A stretch of 64,000 nucleotides of DNA, from NCBI GenBank assembly GCA_031403195.1, contig JANNSZ010000007.1, positions 108,238 through 172,237 of the forward strand, in the 5' to 3' direction. This DNA comes from Planctomycetota bacterium. Its GTDB lineage: Bacteria; Planctomycetota; Planctomycetia; Pirellulales; UBA1268. The notes beneath the pieces were generated by a model, which saw only the letters and a list, made by a program, of their open reading frames with translations, had not been told where the DNA came from and ran no database searches. Position 1 is the first letter of the stretch, and each line of letters begins with the position of its first letter. Of this stretch, positions 21,173 to 31,111 are shown piece after piece. Both the position numbers and the translations under genes were made by a program.

Positions 21173-22012
21173 TTACGCTGGCCGCTCGTAGACTGCCGGC
21201 CGCACCTGTCGGAGGCGGTGCCGAAGCCCGAGAAGGCTTTCCGCATGGCCCACGAAGAGACGGCCACCCGGAGCAAGCTGATCGTACAGACGCTCGATGA
21301 GCGTTTGCCGTGAAGCTTCGTCAAAGTAGATCATCACGTTCCGGCAGAAGATCACGTCCTGGCCAGCCGCCACTGGATAGTCATGCTGAAAGAGGTTGAT
21401 TGCGATGGTGTGGACTCGCTGCCGAAGTTCCGGTTTGACGCGGTAGAGCCCATCCCGCTCGCCAAAGCCGCGGCGAAAGTATTGGCGTAACCAGGATGGA
21501 TCAGGGAGTTGCACCCGATCAGCGTCGTAGATGCCCAGGCGGCAACGGTCGAGCATCCGCCGGGAGATGTCGGAGGCGGTGACGGTCCAGTCAAACGCTG
21601 GAGTCATCCGCTGATGTTCTGCAAGCACGATGGCTAGTGAGTACGCCTCTTCGCCCGATGCCGCGGCCGCGCACCAGACCGTAAGCGGCCGGGACGTTGC
21701 GCTGGATCGCACGGACAGTTCTGGCAGCAGTTCTCGCGCGAGAAACTCGAAGTGGGCGGGTTCACGAAAGAACGACGTGTGGTTGGTCGAAATAAGGTCG
21801 ATGACCCGCTCGGCTTCGTCCACGTTCCCTGTCGCCAGCAGCCGGCAGTAGTCACCGAAACTCGAAAGCCCGAGGGTTTGAAGCCGGCCTGCGAGCCTCC
21901 CGCCCACGAACGCTCGCTTGTCTGGCCCAAGTCGGATGCGGCTCCGGCGATAGACCAAGTCGGCCAGGAACGCGTACGACCGCTCGTCGGGTTCTGTTTC
22001 TGGCGACAGCAT
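21173..22012 (-). CDS. cheR: chemotaxis protein methyltransferase
   Basis: TNHTSFFREPAHFEFL, VWCAAAASGEEAYSLAI (SAM pocket) and IFCRNVMIYFD. Confidence 0.93.
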   Translation of the reverse strand: MLSPETEPDERSYAFLADLVYRRSRIRLGPDKRAFVGGRLAGRLQTLGLSSFGDYCRLLATGNVDEAERVIDLISTNHTSFFREPAHFEFLARELLPELSVRSSATSRPLTVWCAAAASGEEAYSLAIVLAEHQRMTPAFDWTVTASDISRRMLDRCRLGIYDADRVQLPDPSWLRQYFRRGFGERDGLYRVKPELRQRVHTIAINLFQHDYPVAAGQDVIFCRNVMIYFDEASRQTLIERLYDQLAPGGRLFVGHAESLLGLRHRLRQVRPAVYERPA

Positions 22013-22114
22013 GACGGTCCAGGGACGATGAGGATGGATATCGTACGCTTGCAGGAGGCCGTTTCGTAGGCCTTATGGATCGCCCGCCGCCGCACGATGC
22101 GGCGAGCGCCGATC

Positions 22115-22179
22115 ATGGGAAACCTTGGCTTTCCCATCGATCGGCCAAGTGGCAAAAGGCCATGGCTGGCTTTTGCCAC
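22115..22179 (-). other. two strong intercistronic stem-loops between mcp and cheR
   Basis: GTGGCAAAAG-11 nt-CTTTTGCCAC (22149..22179, 10-bp perfect stem, 6 nt after the mcp stop). ATGGGAAA-7 nt-TTTCCCAT (22115..22137, extendable with flanking GATC pairs). Neither has a U-tract. Confidence 0.5.
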
Positions 22180-22185
22180 GGACAG

Positions 22186-23775
22186 CTAGAAGTCAGCGAA
22201 GTGGCGGTCCTCGGGGTCATGGGCTGCACCGGAGGGCAGCCTGTCGCCGGGCATGGGAATGCGGGGCGCGAGGTGGACCGTGCGGCTCACTGGGGCCGGC
22301 CGCGTAGCCTGATGCGCGGCTTCATGGCGACCCGTCGCGGCGGGGGCCGGACCTGCGATGACCAGAGACCGCAGCTGACCGATATGCGCCCGGACGACCG
22401 CGGTCTCACCCGAAAGATTACCCGCGGCAGCGGCGCCCTCACTGGCCTTGGCAGCGTTATCACGGGTAACCTGATCGAGTTGGGTCATGGCGATTCCTAT
22501 CTGTCGAACGCCTTCGGCCTGCTCCTTGGCGGCCGTAGCGATCTCGACGACGAGTTTGTCTGCAGCGGCAATCCTGTCGGCTATGTCTCGGAGCGACTTG
22601 CCGACACCATCACAGCGAGCAGCTCCTTGACGGCTGCTTTCAATGGCAGCCTCGATCCGCTCCGCCGTCTCCCTCGCGGCCTGGGCACTGCGTTGGGCAA
22701 GGGATCGCACCTCTTCGGCAACGACTGCAAATCCGGCTCCTGCCTCGCCTGCCCGTGCGGCTTCGACGGCGGCGTTAAGGGCCAGGATATTGGTCTGGAA
22801 GGCAATCTCATCGATCTGCTTGACGATCTTCGCGACCTCTGCGCTCGTGGTTTCGATCGATCGCATCGCGGTGTTCATGGCTACCATCGTGTCGGTTCCG
22901 GTTGCCGCAGCTGCCTTGGCCTGGCTGGCGAACTCCTTCGCCTGATTCGCGTTGTCGGCGGTGCAGCGAATCATCACTGAGATCTGCTCGAGAGCCGAGC
23001 CCGTCTCGGCCACCGAAGCCCCCTGTTCCGTGCAACCGGATGCGACCGTGCGGCTCACGCCGGCTAGCTGTCCTGCTGCCTCGGCCGTGCGTGTGGCACC
23101 CTCTTCAAGCGAATCCGAGATCCCGAGCAGCGATCGGGATAACGATCGCGTGATTCCGATCGCCATGCCCACCCCGGTCAAGCTCGCCAGGCCAAGGACA
23201 ATGGCGGTGATAAGGTTGCCCGTCTGGAGCTGCGCCCGTGCTGCCTTAGCCTCCCGTTCGGTCAGCTCCAGTTGGTATTCAATGGACTTGTTGAATTGCT
23301 CAAGGCAACGGTCGGCGAGCGGATTTCCGTTCGCGAGAATCAGAGCCCTTGCCTCGTCGGCGTTCCCCTTGGCGAGGATTGTTTCGGAGCGGCGAATCTC
23401 GGCGAGCAGCGCGTCGCGAGCCTCGCAGGCCCGACCAAAGAGCCTCGCGTCCTCGCCATCGCTGACGAGACGACGGTAGTTCGCGACTTCCCGATCGCCG
23501 TCGGCAATTTTCTCCTGGAGCACCTCAACCCACTTCGTGACGGCATCGGGATCAGTCGCAATGATCGCGTTGCGGATGGCCAGGAAAGCGACGAGGTTCG
23601 ATTCCATGAGCCGGCTGAGCGTCGTGACCGATGGCACCAGGTTTCCGGCAAGGTATTCAACGTTGGTTGCGACACCCTGCAGGCGTACGAGCGCTGTGCC
23701 ACCGACGGCCAAAGCCGCGACGATGAGCACGGCGAAGCCAGCGGCAACACGGCGGGGGATGGTCCAGGTCATCAT
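22186..23775 (-). CDS. methyl-accepting chemotaxis protein (4-helix-bundle sensor, two TM, C-terminal aromatic pentapeptide)
   Basis: Signalling hairpin [44 protein letters not shown]. Has an N-terminal TM, a helical periplasmic domain and a second TM. The C-terminus ends ...[10 protein letters not shown]. Confidence 0.93.
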   Translation of the reverse strand: MMTWTIPRRVAAGFAVLIVAALAVGGTALVRLQGVATNVEYLAGNLVPSVTTLSRLMESNLVAFLAIRNAIIATDPDAVTKWVEVLQEKIADGDREVANYRRLVSDGEDARLFGRACEARDALLAEIRRSETILAKGNADEARALILANGNPLADRCLEQFNKSIEYQLELTEREAKAARAQLQTGNLITAIVLGLASLTGVGMAIGITRSLSRSLLGISDSLEEGATRTAEAAGQLAGVSRTVASGCTEQGASVAETGSALEQISVMIRCTADNANQAKEFASQAKAAAATGTDTMVAMNTAMRSIETTSAEVAKIVKQIDEIAFQTNILALNAAVEAARAGEAGAGFAVVAEEVRSLAQRSAQAARETAERIEAAIESSRQGAARCDGVGKSLRDIADRIAAADKLVVEIATAAKEQAEGVRQIGIAMTQLDQVTRDNAAKASEGAAAAGNLSGETAVVRAHIGQLRSLVIAGPAPAATGRHEAAHQATRPAPVSRTVHLAPRIPMPGDRLPSGAAHDPEDRHFADF

Positions 23776-23801
23776 CAGAAGGGTCCTCGAGGAGTGAATG
23801 A

Positions 23802-24317
23802 TCAGGGCGTTGGGAGCTTTCCCAGGGAGGCATCAGTCGCGGCAATACCGTCCAGGGCGATGAGGGTTGTCACGCCGGTTGCGGCCCGGGCAAGCCCCGT
23901 GATGAATCGCGTGTCGACGGTACCACCGAAGTCGGGTGGCGGATCAATGTCGTCCTCGCCCAGCACGGCGACCTCCTCGACGGCATCCACCACAATGGCA
24001 TATGGCCGCACGCCACCTGCGGCGGCTGCTACCTGAGCGACGACGATGCAGGTGCGGTCGTGGTCGGGCGCGACCGAAAGGCCAAACCGCACCCGGAGGT
24101 CGACGATTGGGATCACCCGGCCGCGGAGATTGATCACACCACGAACGTGTGGTGGCATGGCGGCCACAGGCGTGATCGGGCAGAGTCGGATGATTTCACG
24201 GACGGCCAGCACCGGGAGGCCGTAGGTCTCCGACGCGAGGCGGAAGGTGAGATACTTCCCCGGACGGGCACGGGCCAGGGGCTCCTCGGCCTGCGGCTGG
24301 AGGCGGGTTTCATTCAT
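23802..24317 (-). CDS. cheW: chemotaxis coupling protein CheW
   Basis: 171 aa. [22 protein letters not shown]...[15 protein letters not shown] is the CheW fold signature. Confidence 0.9.
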   Translation of the reverse strand: MNETRLQPQAEEPLARARPGKYLTFRLASETYGLPVLAVREIIRLCPITPVAAMPPHVRGVINLRGRVIPIVDLRVRFGLSVAPDHDRTCIVVAQVAAAAGGVRPYAIVVDAVEEVAVLGEDDIDPPPDFGGTVDTRFITGLARAATGVTTLIALDGIAATDASLGKLPTP

Positions 24318-24329
24318 GGCATGTGGCGG

Positions 24330-26546
24330 TCAGGCCGCCGTCTCCGTAGGGGACCTAAGGCCCAGCCGAACAAGCGCGAGCGTGTCGAGAATCAAGCCGA
24401 CCCGACCGTCACCGAGAATTGCCGCGCCAGCGAACGGTGTACGACCAGCGAAGAGCTCACCGAGCGGCTTGATGACCACCTCCTGCTTGCCGACGAGCTC
24501 ATCGACGAGCATGCATCGTCGCTCACTGCCGGCCTCCAAGACGATCGCGATCGCCTGCGTAGCGTCGGCGATGCCCCCGGTGATCCCGAGATGGCGATCG
24601 AGCCTGATCAGCGGTACCTGCTGGCCGCGAACCCTCACCAGCTCTCCTCGGCCATGGACCGAGGAGATACCTCCGGGGAGTGGGCGGAACGATTCGCGAA
24701 CCGCGAGCGCGGGGATCACGAACCGCTGTCCGGCAACGGCGACCACGAGGCCCTCGATGATGGCCAGGGTCAATGGCATGGAAAGAGTAAACGTCGTGCC
24801 TCGCCCATGGACCGAATCGACTTCCACCTTGCCACGAACGCGTTCGACGTTTCGTCGTACGACATCCAGTCCGACCCCGCGGCCAGAGAGATCACTCACT
24901 TGCGCGGCCGTGGAAAAACCTGGGGCGAAGATCAGCTCGAGGAGATCACGGCTGTCGAGGACCGCGTCTGCCGTGATGAGCCCCCGCTCGATTGCCTTCG
25001 ACCGGATCCGCGATGGATCGAGCCCACGGCCGTCGTCGGAAACCCGCACCACGACGAACCCACCCTGGTGACATGCGGAGAGCGTGATCGTGCCGGCGGC
25101 CGGCTTGCCAACTGCCCCCCGTTCGGCGGGAGACTCGATCGCATGGTCGGCCGCATTGCGGATCATGTGCACCAGTGGGTCGCCGATCTCTTCGATAACG
25201 GTTCGATCAAGCTCGGTCTCCGCCCCCTCAACAATCAGCTTGATCTCCTTGCCGAGAGCGACCGCGGTGTCCCGTACGAGCCGCCCCATTTTCTGAAAAG
25301 CGCCGCGGATCGGCACCATGCGAATCGCCATGGCCGTGCGCTGGAGATCGGACGTGATCCCGCGGAGTTGCGCGAGTGAACGAGTGAGGGGGCCATCACT
25401 TCCGCCAGCCGCTTCTGCAACCATGGATTGGGCGATCACGAGCTCGCCAATGAGGTCGAGCAATCCGTCGAGCTTGGAGGTGTCCACACGCACCGATCCG
25501 CTCGATGAGGCGGCTGGTGATGGCCGTGGCGAGTCGACCGTGAGTGCCTGCGCCGGCGTTGCATGAACGACCGGCACCGCAGCAGCGGGGAGGGAAGGGG
25601 CAACGGGTGAAGCGACAGGGGGCGGCCGGCTGGGCTCGGCTGCCGAGGGCAGTGGGGCGATCGGCTTGGGCGGAAGGCGCTTCTCAGGGAGCGGTACGGT
25701 GCCGGGTGCCGAGGCCGGCGCCGACGGCATGGCCGGCTTCGCCAGAATCGCATGGACCCTGTCAATAATGGGCTGGATCGGTAAGGGGATCGTTCGCCCG
25801 GTGTCATGACCGTCGAGCTGGCGGCTTGTCTCGCCGACGTATGCGGCGACCACGTCCGCGCCGGCGAGCACGATCTCGATCGCATCACGATCGAGCGGGC
25901 GGGCACCGCGGCGGGCCGCATCGAGGAGCGATTCGAGCTCGTGGGTGAGCCGCTGGAGCACCACGAGCTTCATCACCGCGGCATTGCCTTTGAGCGTATG
26001 GAATGCACGGAACACGGTCGCGAGGGTATCGGCATCGGTAGGTGAGGCCTCGAGGACGAGCACACCCTGTTCGATTTCCTGGAGAAGCTCCTGAGCCTCG
26101 GTGCAGAACAGCTGCATCAGTTCGGCATCCCATCCTTCGGGGAGGACCGTGACCGGAAGAGCATCGCCACTGAATGTGGCAGGGCTGCGGGCGGACGGCA
26201 GCGATCCTGACGGTCTCACCGCCGCTGCAAGAGGCGGTAGCTCCGTTGGCCACGCAGGAAGTGAAACTCCCCGGGTCCAGGCGGTGGCAGCCTCGTCGAG
26301 CCACGTGTGAAAGTGTGTCATCCGCTCGACGGCTTCAGCAATGGATCCGTCGAGCCACGTCTGAGCAGCCACTACGGCGGCGACCATGTCATCCTGCGAG
26401 GTACCGCGGACCACGGTCTCGAGCTCGCCCAGAAGCGGCCGCAGCGACTGGGCGGTGCCGTCTTTCGCGGCATCAACAAATGCCAGCTCCAGCCCGATGT
26501 TGCGAAGGAGGCTTTGGATCGCGTCGAGCACTTCTTCGTGTGGCAT
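24330..26546 (-). CDS. cheA: chemotaxis histidine kinase CheA (extra N-terminal domain, no recognisable P2)
   Basis: Hpt FRAFHTLKGNAAVM. Pro-rich linker. P3 VRVDTSKLDGLLDLIGELVI. N-box HMIRNAADHAIE, G1 DDGRGLD, G2 GRGVGLDVV. C-terminal CheW-like domain. Confidence 0.95.
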   Translation of the reverse strand: MPHEEVLDAIQSLLRNIGLELAFVDAAKDGTAQSLRPLLGELETVVRGTSQDDMVAAVVAAQTWLDGSIAEAVERMTHFHTWLDEAATAWTRGVSLPAWPTELPPLAAAVRPSGSLPSARSPATFSGDALPVTVLPEGWDAELMQLFCTEAQELLQEIEQGVLVLEASPTDADTLATVFRAFHTLKGNAAVMKLVVLQRLTHELESLLDAARRGARPLDRDAIEIVLAGADVVAAYVGETSRQLDGHDTGRTIPLPIQPIIDRVHAILAKPAMPSAPASAPGTVPLPEKRLPPKPIAPLPSAAEPSRPPPVASPVAPSLPAAAVPVVHATPAQALTVDSPRPSPAASSSGSVRVDTSKLDGLLDLIGELVIAQSMVAEAAGGSDGPLTRSLAQLRGITSDLQRTAMAIRMVPIRGAFQKMGRLVRDTAVALGKEIKLIVEGAETELDRTVIEEIGDPLVHMIRNAADHAIESPAERGAVGKPAAGTITLSACHQGGFVVVRVSDDGRGLDPSRIRSKAIERGLITADAVLDSRDLLELIFAPGFSTAAQVSDLSGRGVGLDVVRRNVERVRGKVEVDSVHGRGTTFTLSMPLTLAIIEGLVVAVAGQRFVIPALAVRESFRPLPGGISSVHGRGELVRVRGQQVPLIRLDRHLGITGGIADATQAIAIVLEAGSERRCMLVDELVGKQEVVIKPLGELFAGRTPFAGAAILGDGRVGLILDTLALVRLGLRSPTETAA

Positions 26547-26776
26547 GTTCGTCCGTCGCTGATCGTCACCTGCCCCGGGGCTTCAGGGTGGCATCCGGCA
26601 ATCCTAGCTTGCATACGGCAGCCCTTCGCACGGGCCAAAAAATATGCCCGAAGTATCGATTTGCAACGGCAATTCCGGCCATGCAGCGGTTCGGGTACGT
26701 GGCGTGAAACGCGAACTAGACTTGGCGACCGGCACAGTCCTGGGGTGCCAGTGCCCACACGCTGGCTAAGGCTTTT

Positions 26777-28234
26777 ATGAACACCCTGCAGCGTCTCAAG
26801 ATCACCACGATCGGCCCGGTCGTAGGCCTTCTACTGCTTTCGTTCCTGGCCTTCTGGAATCAGTGGATACTCGGTATAGCCCGCGAGAACAGGCACGAGT
26901 CGTATCGATTGGCCAATGAGCTGCGACACAGTTCTGACGAGTTGACGCGCACCGCGCGCACCTATGTCGTGACCGGAGATCCAGCGTACGAGCTGGAGTA
27001 TTGGCACATTCTCGCCGTTCGCAATGGCGAAGCGATCCGGCCAGATGGTCGCACCGTGGCACTGCGCTCGCTCATGGAAGAGCAGGGGTTCACGCAAGGT
27101 GAGCTGTCGAAACTCGAAGAGGCCGAAGGCAACTCCAATGCACTCGTCACGACCGAGACCATTGCCATGCATGCCGTCAAGGGACAGTTTGCGGATGGCC
27201 GCGGCGGGTACACCAAGGAGGGTGAGCCGGATATGGTGATGGCCGGACGGATCATGCACGATGAGAAATACCATGCCGACAAGGCGACGATCATGGGCCC
27301 GATCACCACGTTCGGACAAATGATCGATTCTCGCACAGAGGCAGAGGTGGCTTCCATCGACTGGTGGAACGATCTGCTCGCCATCCTGATGGTGTTCGTG
27401 GCGACGGTCGCGTCAGGCACGACGTGGGCGGCGCTTGCCGCGCATGGTCGTGGGCTGCGACACGCGATCGACCAGCTCGCGATCACGGCAGAGCATGTCG
27501 GAAGCGGTGCCAACGAGATCGCTGCAGGGAGCCAGTCTCTGGCCGCGGGTGCCTCCGAGCAGGTGGCCGCCGTGGAAGACATTTCGGGATCTGCTCGCGC
27601 GACGAGTGCGATGGCCACGGAGAACGCGCGGCGAACCCAGGCCGCGGCCGAAGTCGTTGGTCGGGAGGGAGATCATTTTGTCGATGCCGCCGCGCGGCTG
27701 GGTGAGATGGTGCGGGCGATGGAAGCGATCGACGAGGCGGGAGGTCGCATCTCCAAGATCAACAAAGTCATCGATGAGATCGCCTTCCAAACAAATATCC
27801 TGGCACTGAACGCCGCCGTGGAGGCAGCGCGGGCCGGCGATGCGGGGCTTGGCTTCGCCGTGGTTGCCGATGAAGTCCGAAGCCTCGCCCAGCGATCGGC
27901 GAAGGCTGCGAAAGAAACGGCCTTACTCATCGAGGAATCCATCGCACGTGCGAGTTCTGGCCGGGCCAAGGTGGCTGAGGTGGCCGCAGCGATCGACTCC
28001 CTCGCCGAACAATCAACGAAGGTGCGGGCACTCGTGGAGGCGGTTCAAGGCGGAAGCCGCGAGCAGCTCAAGGCCGTGGAACGTATTGGGTCGTCGCTCG
28101 GTCAGATCGAACAGGTCAGCCAGAGCGTCGCGGCTGCCTCAGAGCAGGGCTCCGCCTCGGCCGAGCAGCTCTCATCGCAGTCTGCGTCGCTGCTCGATGT
28201 CGTGGCGTCCATGGGGCGCATGGTGGGTCGTTAG
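26777..28234 (+). CDS. methyl-accepting chemotaxis protein (second paralogue, different periplasmic sensor)
   Basis: [44 protein letters not shown]. The periplasmic region contains [20 protein letters not shown], resembling CHASE3-type helical sensors (tentative). Confidence 0.9.
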   Translation: MNTLQRLKITTIGPVVGLLLLSFLAFWNQWILGIARENRHESYRLANELRHSSDELTRTARTYVVTGDPAYELEYWHILAVRNGEAIRPDGRTVALRSLMEEQGFTQGELSKLEEAEGNSNALVTTETIAMHAVKGQFADGRGGYTKEGEPDMVMAGRIMHDEKYHADKATIMGPITTFGQMIDSRTEAEVASIDWWNDLLAILMVFVATVASGTTWAALAAHGRGLRHAIDQLAITAEHVGSGANEIAAGSQSLAAGASEQVAAVEDISGSARATSAMATENARRTQAAAEVVGREGDHFVDAAARLGEMVRAMEAIDEAGGRISKINKVIDEIAFQTNILALNAAVEAARAGDAGLGFAVVADEVRSLAQRSAKAAKETALLIEESIARASSGRAKVAEVAAAIDSLAEQSTKVRALVEAVQGGSREQLKAVERIGSSLGQIEQVSQSVAAASEQGSASAEQLSSQSASLLDVVASMGRMVGR

Positions 28235-28271
28235 AGGCACCGCGCGGAGTCCTTGAGGCGACTCGGGGCTC

Positions 28272-28402
28272 GGGGTTGCCCGTGCCACATCGCCGGACGT
28301 TCACTCCGGCCATCCATGGCCTCCGCTCGCTCGATGTTTGCAGCGCTTCGCCATCCTGGCTTCGCTTGCAAACAACGCCGGCTCTGCGGCACGGGCAACC
28401 CC
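28272..28402. repeat. split copy of a palindromic repeat (arms GGGGTTGCCCGTGCC / GGCACGGGCAACCCC) with an 87-bp insert
   Basis: Left arm at 28272..28286 and right arm at 28388..28402 are perfect 15-bp complements. The left flank GTTGCCCGTGCCACATCGCCGGACGT and right flank GGCACGGGCAACCCCTCGCGGAAGCTTC match the compact hairpin copy at 46836..46890. Confidence 0.75.
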
Positions 28403-28544
28403 TCGCGGAAGCTTCGACGTGTCCATGGATGCGAAGTTCGGCAAGGTGCCCCACCGATACGCGGCGACGCTGGATGCGTCGCTCACTTCCCGGCGGAGGC
28501 CGGGCAAGCGAGCCGGGGCCATGGATGGCCCGGCGAGCGTAAAA

Positions 28545-29546
28545 TCAAATCTGCCAGTCGTTCGAAGGCTCGGGCGCCTCGCCCCGCATGCGGAGCTTCG
28601 GCCGCTCCAGCACGACGGTCGTATGGGGATCTACGGATCGGGTGAGCCACACGCTGCTACCGATCACGGAGTCGTGGCCGATTCGTGTGCCGCCACCCAG
28701 CACGGTCGCGTTGGCATAGATGACCACGCGATCTTCGAGCGTCGGATGCCGCTTGGTACCTCGGACAAGGTGGCCCTCGGCATCGGTTTGGAATGAGAGT
28801 GCGCCCAGTGTCACTCCCTGGTAGAGCTTCACGCGGCTTCCGATCTCGCAGGTCTCCCCGATCACAACACCGGTGCCGTGATCGATGAAGAAATGGTCAC
28901 CGATCGTGGCACCGGGATGGATATCGATTCCAGTCCGCGAGTGAGCCCATTCCGCCATCATGCGTGGGATGAGCGGCACCTCGAGCCGATGTAGAAGATG
29001 GGCAAGGCGATGGATTGTGACCGCCTCGAGGCCGGGATAGCAGAAGATGATCTCGTCGAGTGTCCGTACGGCTGGGTCTCCGTCATAGGCCGCCTGAACG
29101 TCAGTGGACAGGACACGGCGGACCTCCGGAATGCGCTCCAGGAACTCGACCGCCTTGGCCTGGCCGAGGGCCTCGAAGTCGGCTTCCTCGGTGCAGCCAA
29201 GGACCGCGTCCGGAATCGGCGGGGGCTCGATCCCAGATGCCTTCGCAATCTTGCCGGCCGAAACGATATGCCGCAGGGCACGGCCGATTTGGGTCGTGAG
29301 CTTGTCATGCAGGCCGTCGATCAGGTCACCGACGTGGTACGTGACATTCCCCAGGTGCAGATTCTCTCGGCGACGGTAGCCGGGGTAGAGGATCTCCTTG
29401 AGATCCTCGCAGCAACTCACGATCGTGTCGTAGCTCGGCAGCGGGCAGTGGCCGAGATGGTGGATGGCCGGGACGTTTCGATAGGTCTCGACGATCCGTC
29501 GCGTGAGCTCGGGTAACTGCTCCTTGAGACGTACATCGGTAGCCAT
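28545..29546 (-). CDS. cysE: serine O-acetyltransferase (long N-terminal form)
   Basis: Hexapeptide-repeat core [42 protein letters not shown]...[19 protein letters not shown]. Confidence 0.9.
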   Translation of the reverse strand: MATDVRLKEQLPELTRRIVETYRNVPAIHHLGHCPLPSYDTIVSCCEDLKEILYPGYRRRENLHLGNVTYHVGDLIDGLHDKLTTQIGRALRHIVSAGKIAKASGIEPPPIPDAVLGCTEEADFEALGQAKAVEFLERIPEVRRVLSTDVQAAYDGDPAVRTLDEIIFCYPGLEAVTIHRLAHLLHRLEVPLIPRMMAEWAHSRTGIDIHPGATIGDHFFIDHGTGVVIGETCEIGSRVKLYQGVTLGALSFQTDAEGHLVRGTKRHPTLEDRVVIYANATVLGGGTRIGHDSVIGSSVWLTRSVDPHTTVVLERPKLRMRGEAPEPSNDWQI

Positions 29547-29611
29547 AGCAGTCGATCGTAGGGGGGCGTGGGAAGAGTTCGCAAACGGCCCACGGTATCG
29601 GTCGGCGGGAA

Positions 29612-29646
29612 CCGCATGGGGAATTGAACGTTCCTGCGGGTTTTTG
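29612..29646 (+). terminator. intrinsic-terminator-like hairpin with T5 tract on the plus strand, with no known upstream plus-strand gene
   Basis: CCGCA(T)GG-13 nt-CCTGCGG followed by GTTTTTG (29640..29646). It lies in the hisA-cysE spacer, where both genes are on the minus strand. On the minus strand the hairpin is preceded, not followed, by the A/T run. Confidence 0.35.
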
Positions 29647-29698
29647 AGCGACGGGGCAGGGCACCCGGTCGCCGGGAGAAGCCAGGCAGGCTGGGTCG

Positions 29699-30421
29699 TC
29701 AGGTTTTGTCGTTGGCTGCATCGACGGCGGCCGGAATCGTGACGGCACCCTCGTACAGGGCGCGGCCGACGATGCAGCCAGCGGCGCCGGTGCCCGCCAC
29801 TCGCCGAATGTCATCGGCTGAGGCGATGCCGCCCGAGGCAACGATCGGTATGGGCACCGCCCGTACCATCGCTTCAAGCGCCGGTACGTTGGGGCCCGAA
29901 AGCATGCCGTCGGTAGCGATGTCGGTAAAGACAATCGCCGCCAGCGGTAGGCTGGCGTGCCGGCGTGCAACATCACGCGCGTCAAGCGCGCTGGTCTCAA
30001 GCCAGCCGCGGACGGCCACGCAGCCATCGCGGGCATCGAGCCCGAGTACGATTCGCCCTGGGAAGGCCATGGCCATGGTCACGAGGAGGTCCGGTGATTC
30101 GATCGCGACGCTCCCGACAACCACCCGGTTGACGCCCGCCGCAAGGTACCGACTGACTGTCTCGAGCGTACGGACACCTCCACCGAGCTGACACGGCACC
30201 CCGGCCGCGGCTACCATCCGCGCGACGAGTTCGGCCTGGGTTGGCGTGCCATCTCGGGCACCGTCGAGATCGACGATGTGGAGCCGCCGCGCGCCGGAGG
30301 CCACAAACCTGCGGGCCATCGCGACCGGGTCATCGCTGAAAATTGTTTCGCGGCCATAGTCTCCTTGAAGGAGCCTCACGCACTTTCCGTCTCGCAGGTC
30401 GATCGCCGGCCAGAGTTCCAT
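29699..30421 (-). CDS. hisA: ProFAR isomerase HisA
   Basis: [39 protein letters not shown] and [11 protein letters not shown] at 30421 (the track start at 30427 is TTG). Confidence 0.93.
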   Translation of the reverse strand: MELWPAIDLRDGKCVRLLQGDYGRETIFSDDPVAMARRFVASGARRLHIVDLDGARDGTPTQAELVARMVAAAGVPCQLGGGVRTLETVSRYLAAGVNRVVVGSVAIESPDLLVTMAMAFPGRIVLGLDARDGCVAVRGWLETSALDARDVARRHASLPLAAIVFTDIATDGMLSGPNVPALEAMVRAVPIPIVASGGIASADDIRRVAGTGAAGCIVGRALYEGAVTIPAAVDAANDKT

Positions 30422-30423
30422 GG

Positions 30424-31050
30424 TCAACGGCTCCTCATGGGAACAGCCGGCGCGGTCGCCTCAAGCCACGAGGCGAGCAGCCGCATGCCAGCGGCCTGGC
30501 TTTTCTCAGGGTGAAACTGTGTCGCATACAAATTTCCACGCTGCACCGCTGCACAGAAGTGACCGCCGTAGTCGGTTATCGCAGCCACGATCGAACGGTC
30601 GGTGGGCCGAGCGTGGTACGAGTGCACGAAGTAGAAGTGCTCACCATCCGCAGACGGCCGCCAGTCACCATGCCACCGGGTGGTGTTCCAGCCCATGTGG
30701 GGCACTTTCATGCCTGATGGAATGTCAAACCGTACGACTTCGCCCGGTAGGATGCCGAGCCCGGTGTGTTGTCCGCCTTCAAAGCCCGTTTCGAAGAGCA
30801 GCTGAAGCCCCATGCAGATTCCGAGAAATGGCCGATCTTCCAGAAGATACTGGCGGATCGGCTCGACGAGCCCGCGGTCGTGGAGAGCCCGCATGGCATC
30901 GCCGAACGCTCCTACGCCTGGCAGGATGAGCCGCGAAGCCGTGGCAACGGCATCGGGGTCACTCGTGATGGTGGCCACCGCCCCACACTTCTCGAGGGCC
31001 TTTTGCACGCTCCGCAGGTTCCCGCTGCCGTAGTCGACGATCGTAAGCAT
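30424..31050 (-). CDS. hisH: imidazole glycerol phosphate synthase, glutamine amidotransferase subunit HisH
   Basis: MLTIVDYGSGNLRSV, GICMGLQLLF (catalytic Cys) and TQFHPEKS. ATG at 31050 is chosen; the track ORF extends to 31128. Confidence 0.92.
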   Translation of the reverse strand: MLTIVDYGSGNLRSVQKALEKCGAVATITSDPDAVATASRLILPGVGAFGDAMRALHDRGLVEPIRQYLLEDRPFLGICMGLQLLFETGFEGGQHTGLGILPGEVVRFDIPSGMKVPHMGWNTTRWHGDWRPSADGEHFYFVHSYHARPTDRSIVAAITDYGGHFCAAVQRGNLYATQFHPEKSQAAGMRLLASWLEATAPAVPMRSR

Positions 31051-31111
31051 GCGGCGAGTGTAAGACCGAATGCGGCAGGCTGAAAGCTGCTGCCAGAAAA
31101 CGGCGACAGAG

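Noticed and set aside
24060-25379. 439-aa plus-strand ORF, and 24247..25071
   Set aside because: Both are antisense to cheA, which contains Hpt, N, G1 and G2 boxes in the minus-strand frame.
22700-27900. Inverted about 130-bp similar segments in the two mcp genes flanking cheA-cheW, considered as possible IS-like inverted repeats
   Set aside because: The similarity is the conserved MCP signalling hairpin coding sequence (about 80% identity) in paralogues on opposite strands, not mobile-element termini.
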